A stretch of DNA of 64,000 nt from Marsupella aquatica (Eukaryota > Plantae > Marchantiophyta), in contig OZ316895.1 in assembly GCA_973895155.1 (NCBI GenBank), forward strand, positions 21,836,558 to 21,900,557, written 5' to 3'. The first letter of the stretch is position 1; every line of letters starts with the position of its first letter. The notes below the pieces were generated by a model. It was given only the letters and a program-made list of their open reading frames with translations, had not been told where the DNA came from and ran no database searches. A program made the translations under genes and the position numbers. Of this stretch, positions 34,305 to 47,139 are shown in pieces.

Positions 34305-36734
34305 ATGTCGAAGAGGAAGGCTGGCTTCGAAGGCTTTGGAATTAGGAAGAAGCCGAGTTTCGAGTTCGAGGCGACTCCGGCTCCGAGACGACTTTATCTC
34401 CCTTCACCGACGCGCGACAGGGCTGGCGGGGAAGATAATAGCGAGGATCATGATTTAGACAACATTCAGTATGAGTCAGGTGGGGAAGAAGATTGGGAAG
34501 GCGGGGTGGGCGGGAAACGGGGAGGCAGCGAGCGAGCTGGAGGGCGGTACAATAGTTCAGACGATGATGGGGAGAATGATGAGAGGAGGCGCGGTCAGGA
34601 TAGGTCTTCAGGAGCGGATAAGGGTGCGGAACAGGAAGAAGAGATTGATCCTCTCGATGCTTTCATGGAGGGGATCCAAGAGGAGGTGGAAAAGGCTCCG
34701 GTGAAGAGTGAGCGGAAGCAGGCGGAATTGTCTGAGGAAGAGGAAGATGATCCAGTGGAGAGTTATCTCAGATCACACAGGGACACGGGCCTCTCGCTTG
34801 CAGCGGAGGTTTTGCATGCAGGCTATGACTCCGACGAAGAAGTGTACGCCGCAGCGAAGGCGGTGGACAATGGCACGGTGGAATATGACTCTGATGACAA
34901 TCCAATCGTCACTATCAACAGGAAGAAAATGGACGCTCTTCCAGAGCTGGATCACAGTGACGTCGATTACCAACCTTTCAACAAAAATCTGTACAAGGAG
35001 AGCGCATCGTTATCAGCAATGTCTGATGAAGAGGTTGCCTCGTATATGCAGTCTTTGGCAATTAGAGTTTCTGGCTTTGCAGTTTCACGCCCCATACGGA
35101 ATTTCTCGGAGGTGGGTTTCGATCCTCCGCTGATTGCTGCAATTGCCAAGCAGGGGTATGAGAAACCTACTCCGATTCAATGCCAATCTTTTCCTGTTGC
35201 CTTGTCTGGGAGGGACATGATAGGAGTGGCGAAGACAGGCTCTGGGAAAACTGCAGCATATGTGCTGCCTCTGATAGTCCACATCATGGATCAGCCGGAA
35301 TTGGAGGTTGGTGAAGGGCCCATTGGAGTCATCTGCTCTCCCACTCGGGAGCTGGCCCAGCAGATCACCTCACAGGCAAAAAAGTTTGGAAAGGTTTATG
35401 GCATTCGGGTTGCAGGGATATATGGTGGATCATCAAAGTTTGAGCAGATCAAGGAGCTCAAGGCAGGCTGCGAGATTGTGGTCGCTACTCCTGGGAGATT
35501 GATTGACATGTTGAAATCGAAAGCAATCAATATGCTCCGTGGTACTTACCTTATTCTGGATGAGGCAGATCAGATGTTCGATCTGGGGTTTGAGCCCCAA
35601 ATCCGTTCAATTATTGGCCAAATGCGTCCTGATCGGCAAACGATGCTCTTCTCAGCAACCATGCCGCGAAAAGTTGAGCGACTCGCCCGGGAGGTTCTCT
35701 CAGATCCCATTAGGGTAACAGTCGGTGAGGTGGGTAGTGCCAATGAAGATATTACTCAAGTAGTGACGGTCCTTCCTTCTGACGTAGATAAGTTTCCATG
35801 GTTGCTGAACAAGCTTCCAGGGATGGTGGATGATGGGGACACTCTGATTTTTGCGTCAACCAAAATTCGGGTGGAAGAACTTGAAGGGAAACTGAGGGGA
35901 GTCGGTTTCAAGGTCGCTGCTTTACACGGAGACAAAGATCAGGCCTCCCGCATGGAAGTGCTGAAGAAGTTCAAATCTGGTGAATATCATGTCTTAGTTG
36001 CCACGGATGTGGCTGCAAGAGGACTTGACATCAAGTCCATAAAGACTGTACTAAATTACGACATAGCGAAGGATATGGATGGGCACGTGCATCGAATTGG
36101 AAGAACAGGGCGTGCAGGCGACAAGGATGGAGTTGCCCATACTCTTATTGTTCAAAAGGAGGCAAGGTTTGCAGGAGACCTGGTTAAGAGCCTTGTTACA
36201 GCCGGACAGAATGTTCCTGCCGACTTAATGGATCTTGCCATGAAGGATGGTCGCTTTAGAAGCCAACGAGAAGGTCATAGAGGAGGAGGCAAAGGCAAAG
36301 GAAGAGGAAGAGGTAGAGGACATGGAGGACACGGAGGAGCTGGAGGAGGCGGGGGAGGCCGTAGTGTGCGGGGTGTGGATTTCGGTTTGGGCATAGGCTA
36401 CAACGCAGACACTGGAAACAAGCCCTTCTCCCAAACTTTTACCAAGCCGAAGCCGGTAACTTCAACCCCAGTTACGAGTCGTGTGGCAGCCACGGATGCC
36501 CTCAAGGTCGGTATGATGGTCAGGTTCAAGAGTAGCTTTGTTGCAGCATCACCAGGAGTAACCCCTGGCGGTTCAGGCTCCTCCCCAGCAGGACCCATGA
36601 AGGGCTTTGTACAGAGTGCTACGTTAGGAGGTCAGGTTCCCTCAGTTCCACCCACCAGTGGTACCAAGCCTGACCAATCTCAAAATAAGGAGCGGCCACG
36701 GCAGAGGCGGCGGCCCTCAGGCTGGGATCAGTGA
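34305..36734 (+). CDS. RH24: DEAD-box RNA helicase, RH24/DDX42-like (809 aa, intronless CDS)
   Basis: Q motif PTPIQ, AKTGSGKT, PTRELA, TPGRL, DEAD, SAT, ARGLD, HRIGRTGR; DDX42-type N-terminal EIDPLDAFM and GYDSDEEVY; RG-rich tail ending RRRPSGWD. Confidence 0.95.
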   Translation: MSKRKAGFEGFGIRKKPSFEFEATPAPRRLYLPSPTRDRAGGEDNSEDHDLDNIQYESGGEEDWEGGVGGKRGGSERAGGRYNSSDDDGENDERRRGQDRSSGADKGAEQEEEIDPLDAFMEGIQEEVEKAPVKSERKQAELSEEEEDDPVESYLRSHRDTGLSLAAEVLHAGYDSDEEVYAAAKAVDNGTVEYDSDDNPIVTINRKKMDALPELDHSDVDYQPFNKNLYKESASLSAMSDEEVASYMQSLAIRVSGFAVSRPIRNFSEVGFDPPLIAAIAKQGYEKPTPIQCQSFPVALSGRDMIGVAKTGSGKTAAYVLPLIVHIMDQPELEVGEGPIGVICSPTRELAQQITSQAKKFGKVYGIRVAGIYGGSSKFEQIKELKAGCEIVVATPGRLIDMLKSKAINMLRGTYLILDEADQMFDLGFEPQIRSIIGQMRPDRQTMLFSATMPRKVERLAREVLSDPIRVTVGEVGSANEDITQVVTVLPSDVDKFPWLLNKLPGMVDDGDTLIFASTKIRVEELEGKLRGVGFKVAALHGDKDQASRMEVLKKFKSGEYHVLVATDVAARGLDIKSIKTVLNYDIAKDMDGHVHRIGRTGRAGDKDGVAHTLIVQKEARFAGDLVKSLVTAGQNVPADLMDLAMKDGRFRSQREGHRGGGKGKGRGRGRGHGGHGGAGGGGGGRSVRGVDFGLGIGYNADTGNKPFSQTFTKPKPVTSTPVTSRVAATDALKVGMMVRFKSSFVAASPGVTPGGSGSSPAGPMKGFVQSATLGGQVPSVPPTSGTKPDQSQNKERPRQRRRPSGWDQ

Positions 36735-38649
36735 GTAGTCATCTCAGTGACATTTCGAATGGAATGAGGAGCCTTTGAGAACAGGACCGTTGTCTCGGAA
36801 CTGTGAACCGATTATCAGCCATCCAAGAGATCCAAAGAATTGAAACGAGCTCTGAAAAATTGTTTCCATGTCTTTAGAGATTTCGTTTGGTTGTAGAGTA
36901 AGATATCTTGAAGCCAACAATTTTTGGCATCCGTACCAGGCAAAGAGATGTATTTGTGATAAATACGGGATTGCTCGTGTAAGTCCACAGGAAGATTATC
37001 ATGACCCACGAAGGAGGGTCTCCTTACACCTTTGTAAGGGCGCAGTCCAATCTAGTCGCACACCCAAGAGACTTGTTCTGCCAGAAACAGAAGGAGGGTT
37101 AGAAGCATCAACGAGGGCTTGTCATGAAGGATTGACTGATCGACAGTATGTGCGTTCATAACATTGGTAGCCTCATCGTTCAGCTTGTTGGGTCTCATTT
37201 CGTGACAAACCGTTGGAGCGGGAGCTGTCGTAAGAAATTGCGGCTGCGTATCATGGAGCTGCCTGCTCAGGTGCCTGATTCTTTCTTATGCCTGTCACTT
37301 CTCGGCAACACAGTTCGCTATGTAATTTACTTATCCTGGTCAGATCCAAGAGTCAAAGATGGAAGCTGTTCTGAGATTAAGACATGGGAAGTTTTTCAAT
37401 TTGGATGGTGATACTCACATAAGGTCGGCCTGCACGAGGTTTTATTGCGTAGGCTCGGTCTTAGTCTGTAATTATGGTGCTCCTTCGGTGGGGACCAATG
37501 TATAAGAAGCGCTATGGAGCATGCGATTCTTGGTTGCGGAAGTTTTGCAGAATTAGTTTGGAGACTTCAATAGATTTCTCTGGCCACCAAGGTACAAGAG
37601 TCCAAAAGAGCATTAGCTTCCTGATTCGGACAGCTGCAAGCGCAGCGGGCCCTGGTGCAGTTGTCTAGAGATCGCTTGTCGTTTACTACTGGGCCTCCTA
37701 TTGCAGTGCATCTTGTAGGTACTGCAATTTGAGCTTATTTCCTCTTTTCAAAGTTCTGCGCAAAACTACAATGTTCGGTTATCGAATCGTCCTGACATAA
37801 CAAAGCAGAGCAACACGAAAGTTTAAAAGCTCTGGACCGAGAGCTTTACTCCTGTCTGAGGTGTTTGTCCAGTGGACGTGATGGTCCGCTTCAGACAGGC
37901 TTTCAATTTTTCGGACAATGTAGCTGTCACCTGTTCACCTTCGAACTTATTATGTGTTGCCTCTACGTCTAACAGCATTGTTCCTTGGGTATCTTTACCA
38001 TCTCATATTCTTATCGGTCAGTTTTCAGATTCTGACTTCTTCTCCGATGATTGTTATATGACTTGTGTTGTCTCGTCACCAAGCTGAACTGTTCGGCATG
38101 TCCATTTTTCCTAGTTGGTGGACCATTCACAACTACTGTGAGAATTTCAGTACTTGCTCTACGGGTCTTCTTCATGATTGTTGACGATGAAGGGAAGTGC
38201 TTAGACCTTGTAAGTCCTACCACCTATATGCGATATGGAGAGATTCTCAAAGTTGATGTCAGTGGTGAAACAACAAGGTTGACAAAATAACCACAAATAG
38301 TCATGCCCGGCAATGTGATGACATAGCCATTTGTAGGTTCAGGAATTAGCATCTGAGAACCACCAGAGCTCTAAAAAAATGAAGTACCCAAGAAACGTGG
38401 TGTTTGGAAAGGGTGTGACAGTACACAGAATGGGGAGTTTATTCCATTCAGTTGCAAGGGGATTGTGGTGAGGAAAGCATGCAATGAGGTCTGCTAGTGA
38501 GATCGATGTAGAGAGATTCGGGGGACGGACTTACCATTGAGCGACGTGGGAACCAAGTCAATCAGACTTCAAGTGAAATCAGAACCCCTTCCCAACTTTT
38601 CTGAATGAAAACTAAATGAGAGAAACATACCTTTTTCGTGTGAGGTAAA

Positions 38650-39430
38650 GCCCAGGCCTCCCATGAGGGCATCGGCCCAAATGACAGCAGGAGAGCTTTC
38701 AGGCAGAGGGATTTCCGTTTGGCAGAACGCCATTTCCAATTTGGAAGAATCCCCTCCAATTTGGGAGAATCCCTGAACCGGAGGGCTCTAAGCTTTAAAA
38801 AAGTTCAGGTTATCTGGATTTTGGTCTTTTATGTCTTGAATTTTATGTGTCCAGTTAATTTTGATGAGGGAGAAAGCATAAAAGCCTGGACAATCTGTTG
38901 AAAGCACTTACGACTGATGAATGCCTAGCAATGCCATCAAAATGATTCTAGTGAATGGTGCTTTGATAGCAATGGACCAGAACCTGCAGGGCTTAAAGTT
39001 AGTCCTGACTACATGGACTATGCATGCTAATCTCTATTGCCCAGGCCTCCCATGAGGGCATCGGCCCAAATGACAGCAGGAGAGCTTTCAGGCAGAGGGA
39101 TTTCCGTTTGGCAGAACGCCATTTCCAATTTGGAAGAATCCCCTCCAATTTGGGAGAATCCCTGAACCGGAGGGCTCTAAGCTTTAAAAAAGTTCAGGTT
39201 ATCTGGATTTTGGTCTTTTATGTCTTGAATTTTATGTGTCCAGTTAATTTTGATGAGGGAGAAAGCATAAAAGCCTGGACAATCTGTTGAAAGCACTTAC
39301 GACTGATGAATGCCTAGCAATGCCATCAAAATGATTCTAGTGAATGGTGCTTTGATAGCAATGGACCAGAACCTGCAGGGCTTAAAGTTAGTCCTGACTA
39401 CATGGACTATGCATGCTAATCTCTATTGCC
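38650..39430. repeat. Apparently perfect 389-bp tandem duplication
   Basis: 38650-39038 repeated at 39039-39427; GCC microhomology at the junctions; no mismatch seen by eye. Confidence 0.95.
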
Positions 39431-40425
39431 GAGTGTCAAATTAGGATCTTAGTTCTCAAATACCCATTCCAACTAGATTCTTCCCTCAAATTGAAGGTTC
39501 CAGAAGCTTTGGCCCAAAAAGCCAAACACATTCATTTACAATGCTCACCAGCTCAACCATACGGCAGAAATAGCTCACGGGGGGTTTCCTTCCTCCTTCA
39601 AGAAATGTGCTTGCAAGAGGAGGACAAAGCTCACGACACATTGAATATGTGATTCCCTTTTCAATTGTATTGTAACACATGTTTTGCTCACCATTACCAG
39701 GCCTCTAATGCATGACACTTTACGGTTTTGGGAATATCCTGACTCTGTAAAGTTCCTGTGTCCAACAGAGCAGGAGTGTCATATGTTTGTGTGCATCCAA
39801 GCTTCTACTTCAAGGGGAAAGCATTATGTGAAAAGTTGGAGGAATTCAATCTCTTCATAGCCCACAACAAATAGCAATTTTTAAATAGAAATATAGAGCA
39901 AGTTAGGATGGTGTTCAAGATAAGAAAATGATGCTTCCTTGGATAAAGCTGTGACCCATGAAACCCTCATGGACTGTGACACTGCTTATACCTTCACTCA
40001 TTGACGCCCTTCTGGTTTCCAAAGCATTTTTAACAGCAGAGTTTGACTCTCAATATTTGAATTGATATCCAACTGAATTGGTTTTCTTGGGCTTTTTAGA
40101 AGCAGTTTGGAAGATCTTTCCAACCAGTAACTATCTCTTGTTATAATTGAGAGTTACTAACTTTGAAAGTGTGGGTACTCAGTCCAATTTTAATCAGATT
40201 TGAGAGATAAGTGTCTTTGTTTTCTTGCTACATTTCACTAATAGATGTAATTCACACTACATGAGCAGAAGAGAAGAGAGAGTTTCAGTGTACTTGGCGA
40301 GTGCAAAAGTATCTACAAGCATTTTGGATCCATCCAAGCTCCAATTTCCCAAACTGAAGCTTTATCCTAACCTCATGAATCCTGTTTTGACTAAAACAAC
40401 TTCCATGAAAGTGCAAAAACTAACC

Positions 40426-41244
40426 AATTGGCTCAGGTCAGTTGGCTAGGGGATGAGCCTGGAACTGAAAAGTCCCAGGTTCAATCCCCCTCCACACACA
40501 GGGTGTGGAGGGTATGTGTGGGTGAGTGGGATCAGTTTTGTGCGTAGTGGTTGGGAGTTCTGATTGTTTACTCAACCCCTCCACTTTGTGGCCCTGCTTT
40601 AATCCTCTCTCCCTCCTGGTGCGATCCACTATCAGTGGAGGCTCACCCTGAAATGGGTTCCCTACAAAGAAAGTGACTATTGGGGTGGAGGCTCACCCAG
40701 AAATGGGTTCCCTACAAAGAAAGTGACTATTGGGGTGCGATCCGCTAACAGTGGAGGGTCACCCTGAAATGTGTTCTCTACAACTTTGTGGCCCTACTTT
40801 AATCCTCTCTCCCTCCTGGTGAATCCACTATCAGTGGAGGCTCACCCTGAAATGGGTTCCCTACAAAGAAAGTGACTATTGGGGTGCGATCCGCTAACAG
40901 TGGAGGCTCACCCTGAAATGTGTTCTCTACAAAGAAAGTGACTATTGGGGTGCCATCCGCTATCAGTGGAGGCTCACCTTGAAATGGGTTCCCTACAAAG
41001 AAAGTGGAGGCTCACCCTGAAATGGGTTCCCTACAAAGAAAGTGACTATTGGGGTGCGGTCTGCTAACACTGGAGGCTCACCCTAAAATGTGTTCTCTAC
41101 AAAGAAAGTGACTATTGGGATGCGATCCGCTATCAGTGGCTCACCTTGAAATGGGTTCCCTACAAAGAAAGTGTCACTATTGGGGTGGGGAGTGACTACC
41201 GAAGTGCCTCCTCATTCTGTTCAAGACCCACCAAAGAAAAAAAA
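40426..41244 (+). mobile_element. Second tRNA-derived SINE copy, extended by a minisatellite and an A-rich tail
   Basis: Head TGGCTCAGGTCAGTTGGCTAGGGG...CCAGGTTCAATCCC (B box ~40478-40488). Body similar to the 20.3-kb copy up to ATCCTCTCT..TCCTGGT. A-rich run at 41233-41244. No clear TSD. Confidence 0.65.
40621..41186. repeat. Minisatellite, ~9 full or partial copies of a ~66-bp unit
   Basis: GCGATCCACTATCAGTGGAGGCTCACCCTGAAATGGGTTCCCTACAAAGAAAGTGACTATTGGGGT repeated with internal deletions. Confidence 0.92.
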
Positions 41245-41753
41245 GGGGCAAAAAGCGCTCAGCTCTCTAGTCTCGTCGTCTGTGCCTTTTTGCCCCTGTG
41301 GAACATGCTTGCTGCCATCTGGATTGAGGTCGGGCCCTCCTCCAACGATTGTGCGTTGCACTTCTGTTGTTGTATTCGGATGGATCGTCGACACGGTATT
41401 ACTTTATAGTTCCTGCGTACAGCAGCTCAATCTGGCCCCGGCCTGGTGTGGCTGCTCGAGATTTGCTCCAATTCCTTCTCCGTGTGATTGATACCATTCT
41501 TCAACGTTTATTGGCAGATGTTTGCATTCCTGTAGTGGATTTTTTGACCACAGAGCGTTTTGGGTGCAGATCGATGGCTTCCTCTGCGTTCGTGGTGATA
41601 TGAATGTGAAGCCCCCCATCTAAAAATCTCCCGATTTCTCGTTTTGGAGAGGAGACAGGAGAGAGGCTGGGAGAGAGGGTTTAGGGTTTTAGACCTGGGT
41701 TTATAGCGCTCCTGTGAACGAAAGGAGGTGGGTGGTTGGGTGCAGCAGCGGCG

Positions 41754-43177
41754 ATGGCGAGCATCATCTCCAGCATGGGGGCACTCTCGCCTTTACTTTG
41801 CAATGGGCAACGCGCGAAGAACGTCACAACGCATTCTCCCAGAGCCGCTCTGGTGCAGGAGACCCATTTGCCCATGCGCAGCTACGAAATGAAGAACTTG
41901 TGAGCCTCATCTTTGATCAGATTTGGCATGTGGTCTATGCTGTTTTTGCATGTTGCCTATGTTGTTTCTGTATTCTCGTGATGCCAATGAAAGGTCATCA
42001 TGAACGTTGATTGTTGGGGCTGCTACTGTCCCAGCATTTCTGTAGACGTTTGGGGTTATGGCTTGCGATGTGACTCCTTCAATTTTGCATCACTCGTCAT
42101 TGAAGGGAAGCACTTAACTCCTCGTGGTTGTCCTTAGCAAAGACCAAATGCTGTGCACCGGGTTCTTGACGTCGTCATGGGTATTTCTCCACTAAGATTT
42201 GTTGTGGAGGAGGTGGATGATGATTTTCTCCTTTTTCACTTGTCTGCAGGACACCAGTAGAGGAAGTCAAGAAGTTGAGATTAATTACAGCAATCAAGAC
42301 ACCTTACTTACCAGACGGGCGATTCGACCTTCGAGCTTATGATGAATTAGTTAATATGCAAATTAGGGACAAGGTGGAAGGCGTGATTGTGGGAGGAACA
42401 ACAGGGGAGGGCCAGCTCATGAGCTGGGACGAACATATAATGCTCATTGCACATACTGTGAATTGTTTTGGAGACAGGATTAAAGTGATTGGTAACACAG
42501 GGAGCAACTCCACAAGAGAAGCCATTCATGCCACCGAGCAGGGTTTTGCTGTTGGGATGCATTCTGCCTTGCACATAAACCCTTATTATGGTAAGACCTC
42601 TCTTGATGGCTTGATTTCACATTTTCTGAGTGTTCTACCCATGGGTCCTTCAATCATCTATAACGTCCCTGGAAGGACAGGCCAAGACATCCCAACATCT
42701 GTGATTGAGCGGATTGCACAAGAGCCCAATTTTGCGGGAATCAAGGAGTGTGTCGGACATGAAAGAGTGGAAAGTTACACGACGCAAGGTATTACCGTAT
42801 GGAGTGGAAACGACGATCAGTGCCATGATTCGAGGTGGATGCATGGGGCAAACGGAGTCATATCTGTTGTCAGCAATCTTGTGCCGGGCCTGGCGTACAA
42901 GTTAATGTTGGAGGGGAAGAATGATGCTCTAAATGAGAAGCTCATGCCTCTGATCAACTGGTTGTTTGTGGAGCCTAATCCGATCGGACTTAACACAGCT
43001 CTTTCACAGCTGGGTTGTATACGACCGATCTTTCGTCTTCCCTATGTTCCTCTCAATTTCAAGATGAGGCAAGAGTTTGTTCAAATCGTGAATGACATTG
43101 GCCGTGAGCACTTCATTGGCGAGAAAGATGTCCAAGTGCTGGAAGATGACGAATTCCAGATCATTGGTCGGTACTAA
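41754..43177 (+). CDS. DHDPS: 4-hydroxy-tetrahydrodipicolinate synthase (DHDPS), plastid-targeted (~357 aa)
   Basis: Exon 1 41754-41899 (transit peptide, [11 protein letters not shown]), GT-AG intron, exon 2 42250-43177 with [33 protein letters not shown] (Schiff-base Lys), WSGNDD. Confidence 0.96.
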
Positions 43178-44399
43178 TTTGGGTTGAAGGTCTTCATTTT
43201 CAACGGATGTCTCATGTGAACTTGTTATCTAGTCTCGGCAGGTTCCACTGATATATGAATTGAGGGATAATTTATTCCTTCGCCACAAGTTTCTGTTCCA
43301 TCAGGATCAAAGTCGGTACTATGTTCTGGGCTCAATTTATAGTCTGTTTCCAGACCAGGTATTGCTGGTATGGTTCTTTTTCAATGTGTGCAGTGTCAGG
43401 CAGGTTGCTATGTGTATCATCTTAGGCTGTACTCATTTGTTTCCAGATAAGCGATGTGCACTTTTGTCTCTTTTTCTGATTGAACTTCGGCAACATTCAT
43501 CAGAGTGCTCGCAAATCTGTCTTTCTTTCTGTGTCACCTTTAATGTATGCTGCTGATGGTTCGACATGTTCCTTTGACTTAGAAGGGTGACACTCTGAGA
43601 CTTCGCTCTTTTGGCTGGTTTGGAGTCACTCTGAGGCATCCGGCAGTCGTATCTTGGATATTCAACGCAAAATTTGAGTCTCTTTACATCTCTATGCCAA
43701 AGTAAAGTGGTTACATGGAATGCAGTAATCGCGTAATTTCATACTTGTGTATGGCTGTCTCTTTAGTCGTCAGAACTCTCGTTCAGCCAATTAATATCTG
43801 CAACTAGGACAATTTTGGAGTGACTTGCTGTGTATCTGCAAAACTTCAACAAATCTATTTTCTACTCCAGATCCTCGATGATGATCGTTCATGTAAGATT
43901 CGAAGCATGGCTTTCAGACTCGATTCTACGCTACAGTGGTTGTGCAGCACTACAGCAGTGAGACTTGTCGCTCCAGCTATCATCTGTATCGATTGGCTGC
44001 CATTTTCAGAAAAAACTGCCATTTAAGAGAAACTGTCACAGCAGCTTAAGAGAAGTCACAGTATCGGAAAATTATACACGATCTTGCCTCGAAAACCACC
44101 ACAAAGTACTCTGCAGTTAGGATTATTTCATTAACTGGAACAGTCCTCGCATCTGAATTTTCCTTTACAATGTTCCTTCGGAGGTGGAAAATCTGCTCAA
44201 CGGGCACCAATTGTATCCGCTCCCAGCTTTGGGGTTGACTTCGTCCTCTAATACCTCTTATTGAATTCTTGACTATCGGTTTTCGGACCTAGACTTTGCT
44301 CTGGACAGCTATTAGATTGCCCATGACACATTCCAGCGAACATCAGTTGCTCCCCTTCCATAAGACTTTTCTGTACCCTTTTGCAGAACAATTTCGTTC

Positions 44400-47139
44400 T
44401 CAATCACTTTTTACCCTCTTGGCTCCAGATAAGCTCAGGAAATACCTAAAGAGTGAGACAATCCACTGGTAGACAATCAAATACAACGGAACCTTTTTCG
44501 GCGTAGGGGGGGCTTGCGGAAACAAGCCCTTGTAAAGTTCCTTTTGCTTGAGGTAGAGCTCTCGGTCTTCTTCAGCAATTTTACGTATCTCACGAACCAC
44601 GGCCTTGTCCCCTGGCGCTAATTTTTTCACTGCCTCGAAGTCTACTTTTGCAGCCTCTGTTTGGCCAAGCGCTAACCGTGCCTTCCCTCGTCTGTAGAGT
44701 GCTTTAGTGTTGTTCTTATCCTCTGCTAAAACCTGCACAAAAGAATTCCATTAGCCTCGAGGTTTGCATCGGCAAACAAGTTCAAAGCTGCTCCTCAACG
44801 AAGGGATGTGTCTAGGAGAGAAGAGATGACACGAGAAAATATACACATAGCATGGGCATATCATCGCAAAATGTTTCCTCGACAGTATTGATGGACACTT
44901 ACGATAGTGCAGTGACCAATCGCCTCATTGTACTTCTCTAACTTGAGTAAGCTTGCAGCCATATTCAAATGGCAAGGGATCTTCACAGAATCAGCCATGT
45001 CCTTGTACTTGCCGTAAAGTTGGAACATGAAGTCATCTCCCATGTAAGCTAGAGCCTATGTGGCATGGCGTGAAAAACAGAAGCTCAATCAGAGATCAAT
45101 CCTGAGTCAGCAGTTTCTGAATTTTGGGGGCATTATTAGCTGTTTTGAAAATGCAGACGAGACTCACACGAGCCAGAAGTTTTTCCACCTATCTATTTGG
45201 GTAGCTGCTACTCATCCTAAAATGGCCTGTCCATAACAGTGTGACGTAACAATCCTATTCGCGACACTGCCAACCTCATTAAAATAGCCAAGTCATCAAT
45301 ATCCAGGCTACAAATCATTGAACATATACACTTACCATAACATGTAAAAACATTCAGGAATGGAAAACATATCGAGTAGATAGTACATTTCACAACACAT
45401 ACCATTTCATATTGTTGAATTGCTTCCTGCACTTTGCCGTCCTTATAATAGTCATTACCATCCACCCTTCTGCGGTCTGCTGCCTCTATGCGCTCCTCTA
45501 CAGTCATCTCACCACGCGCCCGTCCCTGTCACACTCAACTAACCGAAGTCACAGGTTGGCCAGTTCCTTGTGCCTTTGTGTCTATGAGCGCCACCAAACA
45601 AAAACGAAAAAAATTATGAACAAATCCCAATCTTAACAGAGAATACTTTCAGAACTCCAGCTGGAGTCAGCAGACTCTATCCACGACAGAGCATAAGATT
45701 CAAAAGAACTCATTTGTGACTGGTGAGTTTTCCAAAGGACATTTATCATGCTTACTTCTTTTGCTTCTTCAAATCCAATGAGCTCCACTTCATATATAAC
45801 ATCCGCCCGGGGAGGCACATTAGGGAAGGAAAAGTTCCCCTCCTCTCCGTACGCCAACTTATAACCAACATGAAAGAGGGCATGTTCACCGGATTTCATG
45901 CTTGCCACCGCAATGACAAGTCCACGCATAACTGGCTTCTCTGTAATTGAAAGAACAATGTACGGTAAGATACCCAAATGTAAAATCCGTAAATCCTTCC
46001 CATTAGCTCCTTAGAATGTAGATGCACTGAGTTCACAAAGGCGAATTTTTAGAACCTCCCGTTCTTCTAACCACGTCGTATGAAGCAGTCTATTATGCAA
46101 TCAACTTGAAATCCGTTAGGATGGTCGCTTATTTACAAGTTAAAACACGTTTTCAAGAAGCATTGCTTGTTCCTTTGGGGGCCACAAACAGCCAAATGAA
46201 AATGGCCTATTACAATCACTCTGTTGGTAAATACTGATAAAAATCGACTAGAAGTTTTTCAACTGGCCCGAGTGGTAGCACCTAACTTTCTTCCATTTTA
46301 AATCTCTGTTCCCAGCTCCCACAAGAAGTGTACTTCAGTTTACTTACTTATGGATATGCTTCACAGTAAAATAATCGTCAACACGTTGCTCACGGTGACG
46401 GACTCCGCTTCAGGAAAGAGTTTCAGCTAGTTTCCAAAAGCAAATAATCTTGCAAGAAAGAAGTCGAAATCCTAGCTAACCGTGTCCGAGAAGAAGCTCG
46501 GTGGGTGCTCCCTCTTGCCAGGTATCCTCAAATTTATGCATTGTGGTTGCAGCCCATCCTCTGTAATGCACTGCACGACAGAGGGACGGGAGTCATTCCT
46601 GCACCTCATTAAGGGTCCGAAGACATCACCCTCATGAAGCTCAACTATCTGTATATAGCGCTACTGCCCCAAAGATGCAAAACGAACGTACACGAAAATT
46701 CAAATGTTTTCCGGAGAATATATGACTAATAAAGGGACATACAACACCAAAATTGTGGGGAATTGCGTATCTTACAAAAGCATGTTGAATGTCTAGAAGG
46801 GGAACATTCTCCTCTTCCTTCCTTGATGAGCTGCTTGGTAACTCCTTCTCCTAGGGCAACCTTCTCTGAATTAACCTTGGGAGGAAACTGGTCATCTCCT
46901 TCCATTATTTCTGTATGGAAACGCGTTGCTGTTGCCTCCACCTTCACCTCCTTATTGTCTAAACTCTCCAATGTCTTCTCCTCTACTCCTTCCTGGTGTG
47001 CTGCTCCTTTAGATTCCTTGGTCTGCTCTTCTTGCAAGGAAGGAGCTTCATTATCCTCATTGTCCACATTCTCTTGTGGAACCACCGCCGCTGTCTCCAC
47101 ATGGTTTGTCTCTTCTCCATTCGTTTGCTCTGACTCCAT
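44400..47139 (-). CDS. FKBP42: FKBP42/TWISTED DWARF1-like immunophilin (FKBP + TPR + C-terminal membrane anchor, ~415 aa)
   Basis: Exons 47139-46776, 46570-46481, 45940-45756, 45525-45403, 45055-44903, 44732-44400, all GT-AG and in frame: STCFLHYRGW, HKFEDTW, YGEEGNFSFPNVPP, MTVEERIEAADRRR, AYMGDDFMFQL, KALYRRGKA. Possible 5'UTR intron ~47849-47176. Confidence 0.95.

Noticed and set aside
40426-40500. Possible tRNA gene
   Set aside because: A/B-box-like motifs are present, but I could not see an acceptor stem or cloverleaf; continues into a SINE body.
41676-41692. Telomere-like GGGTTTAGGGTTTTAG
   Set aside because: Only about two units; at most a telo-box in the DHDPS leader, not a telomeric array.
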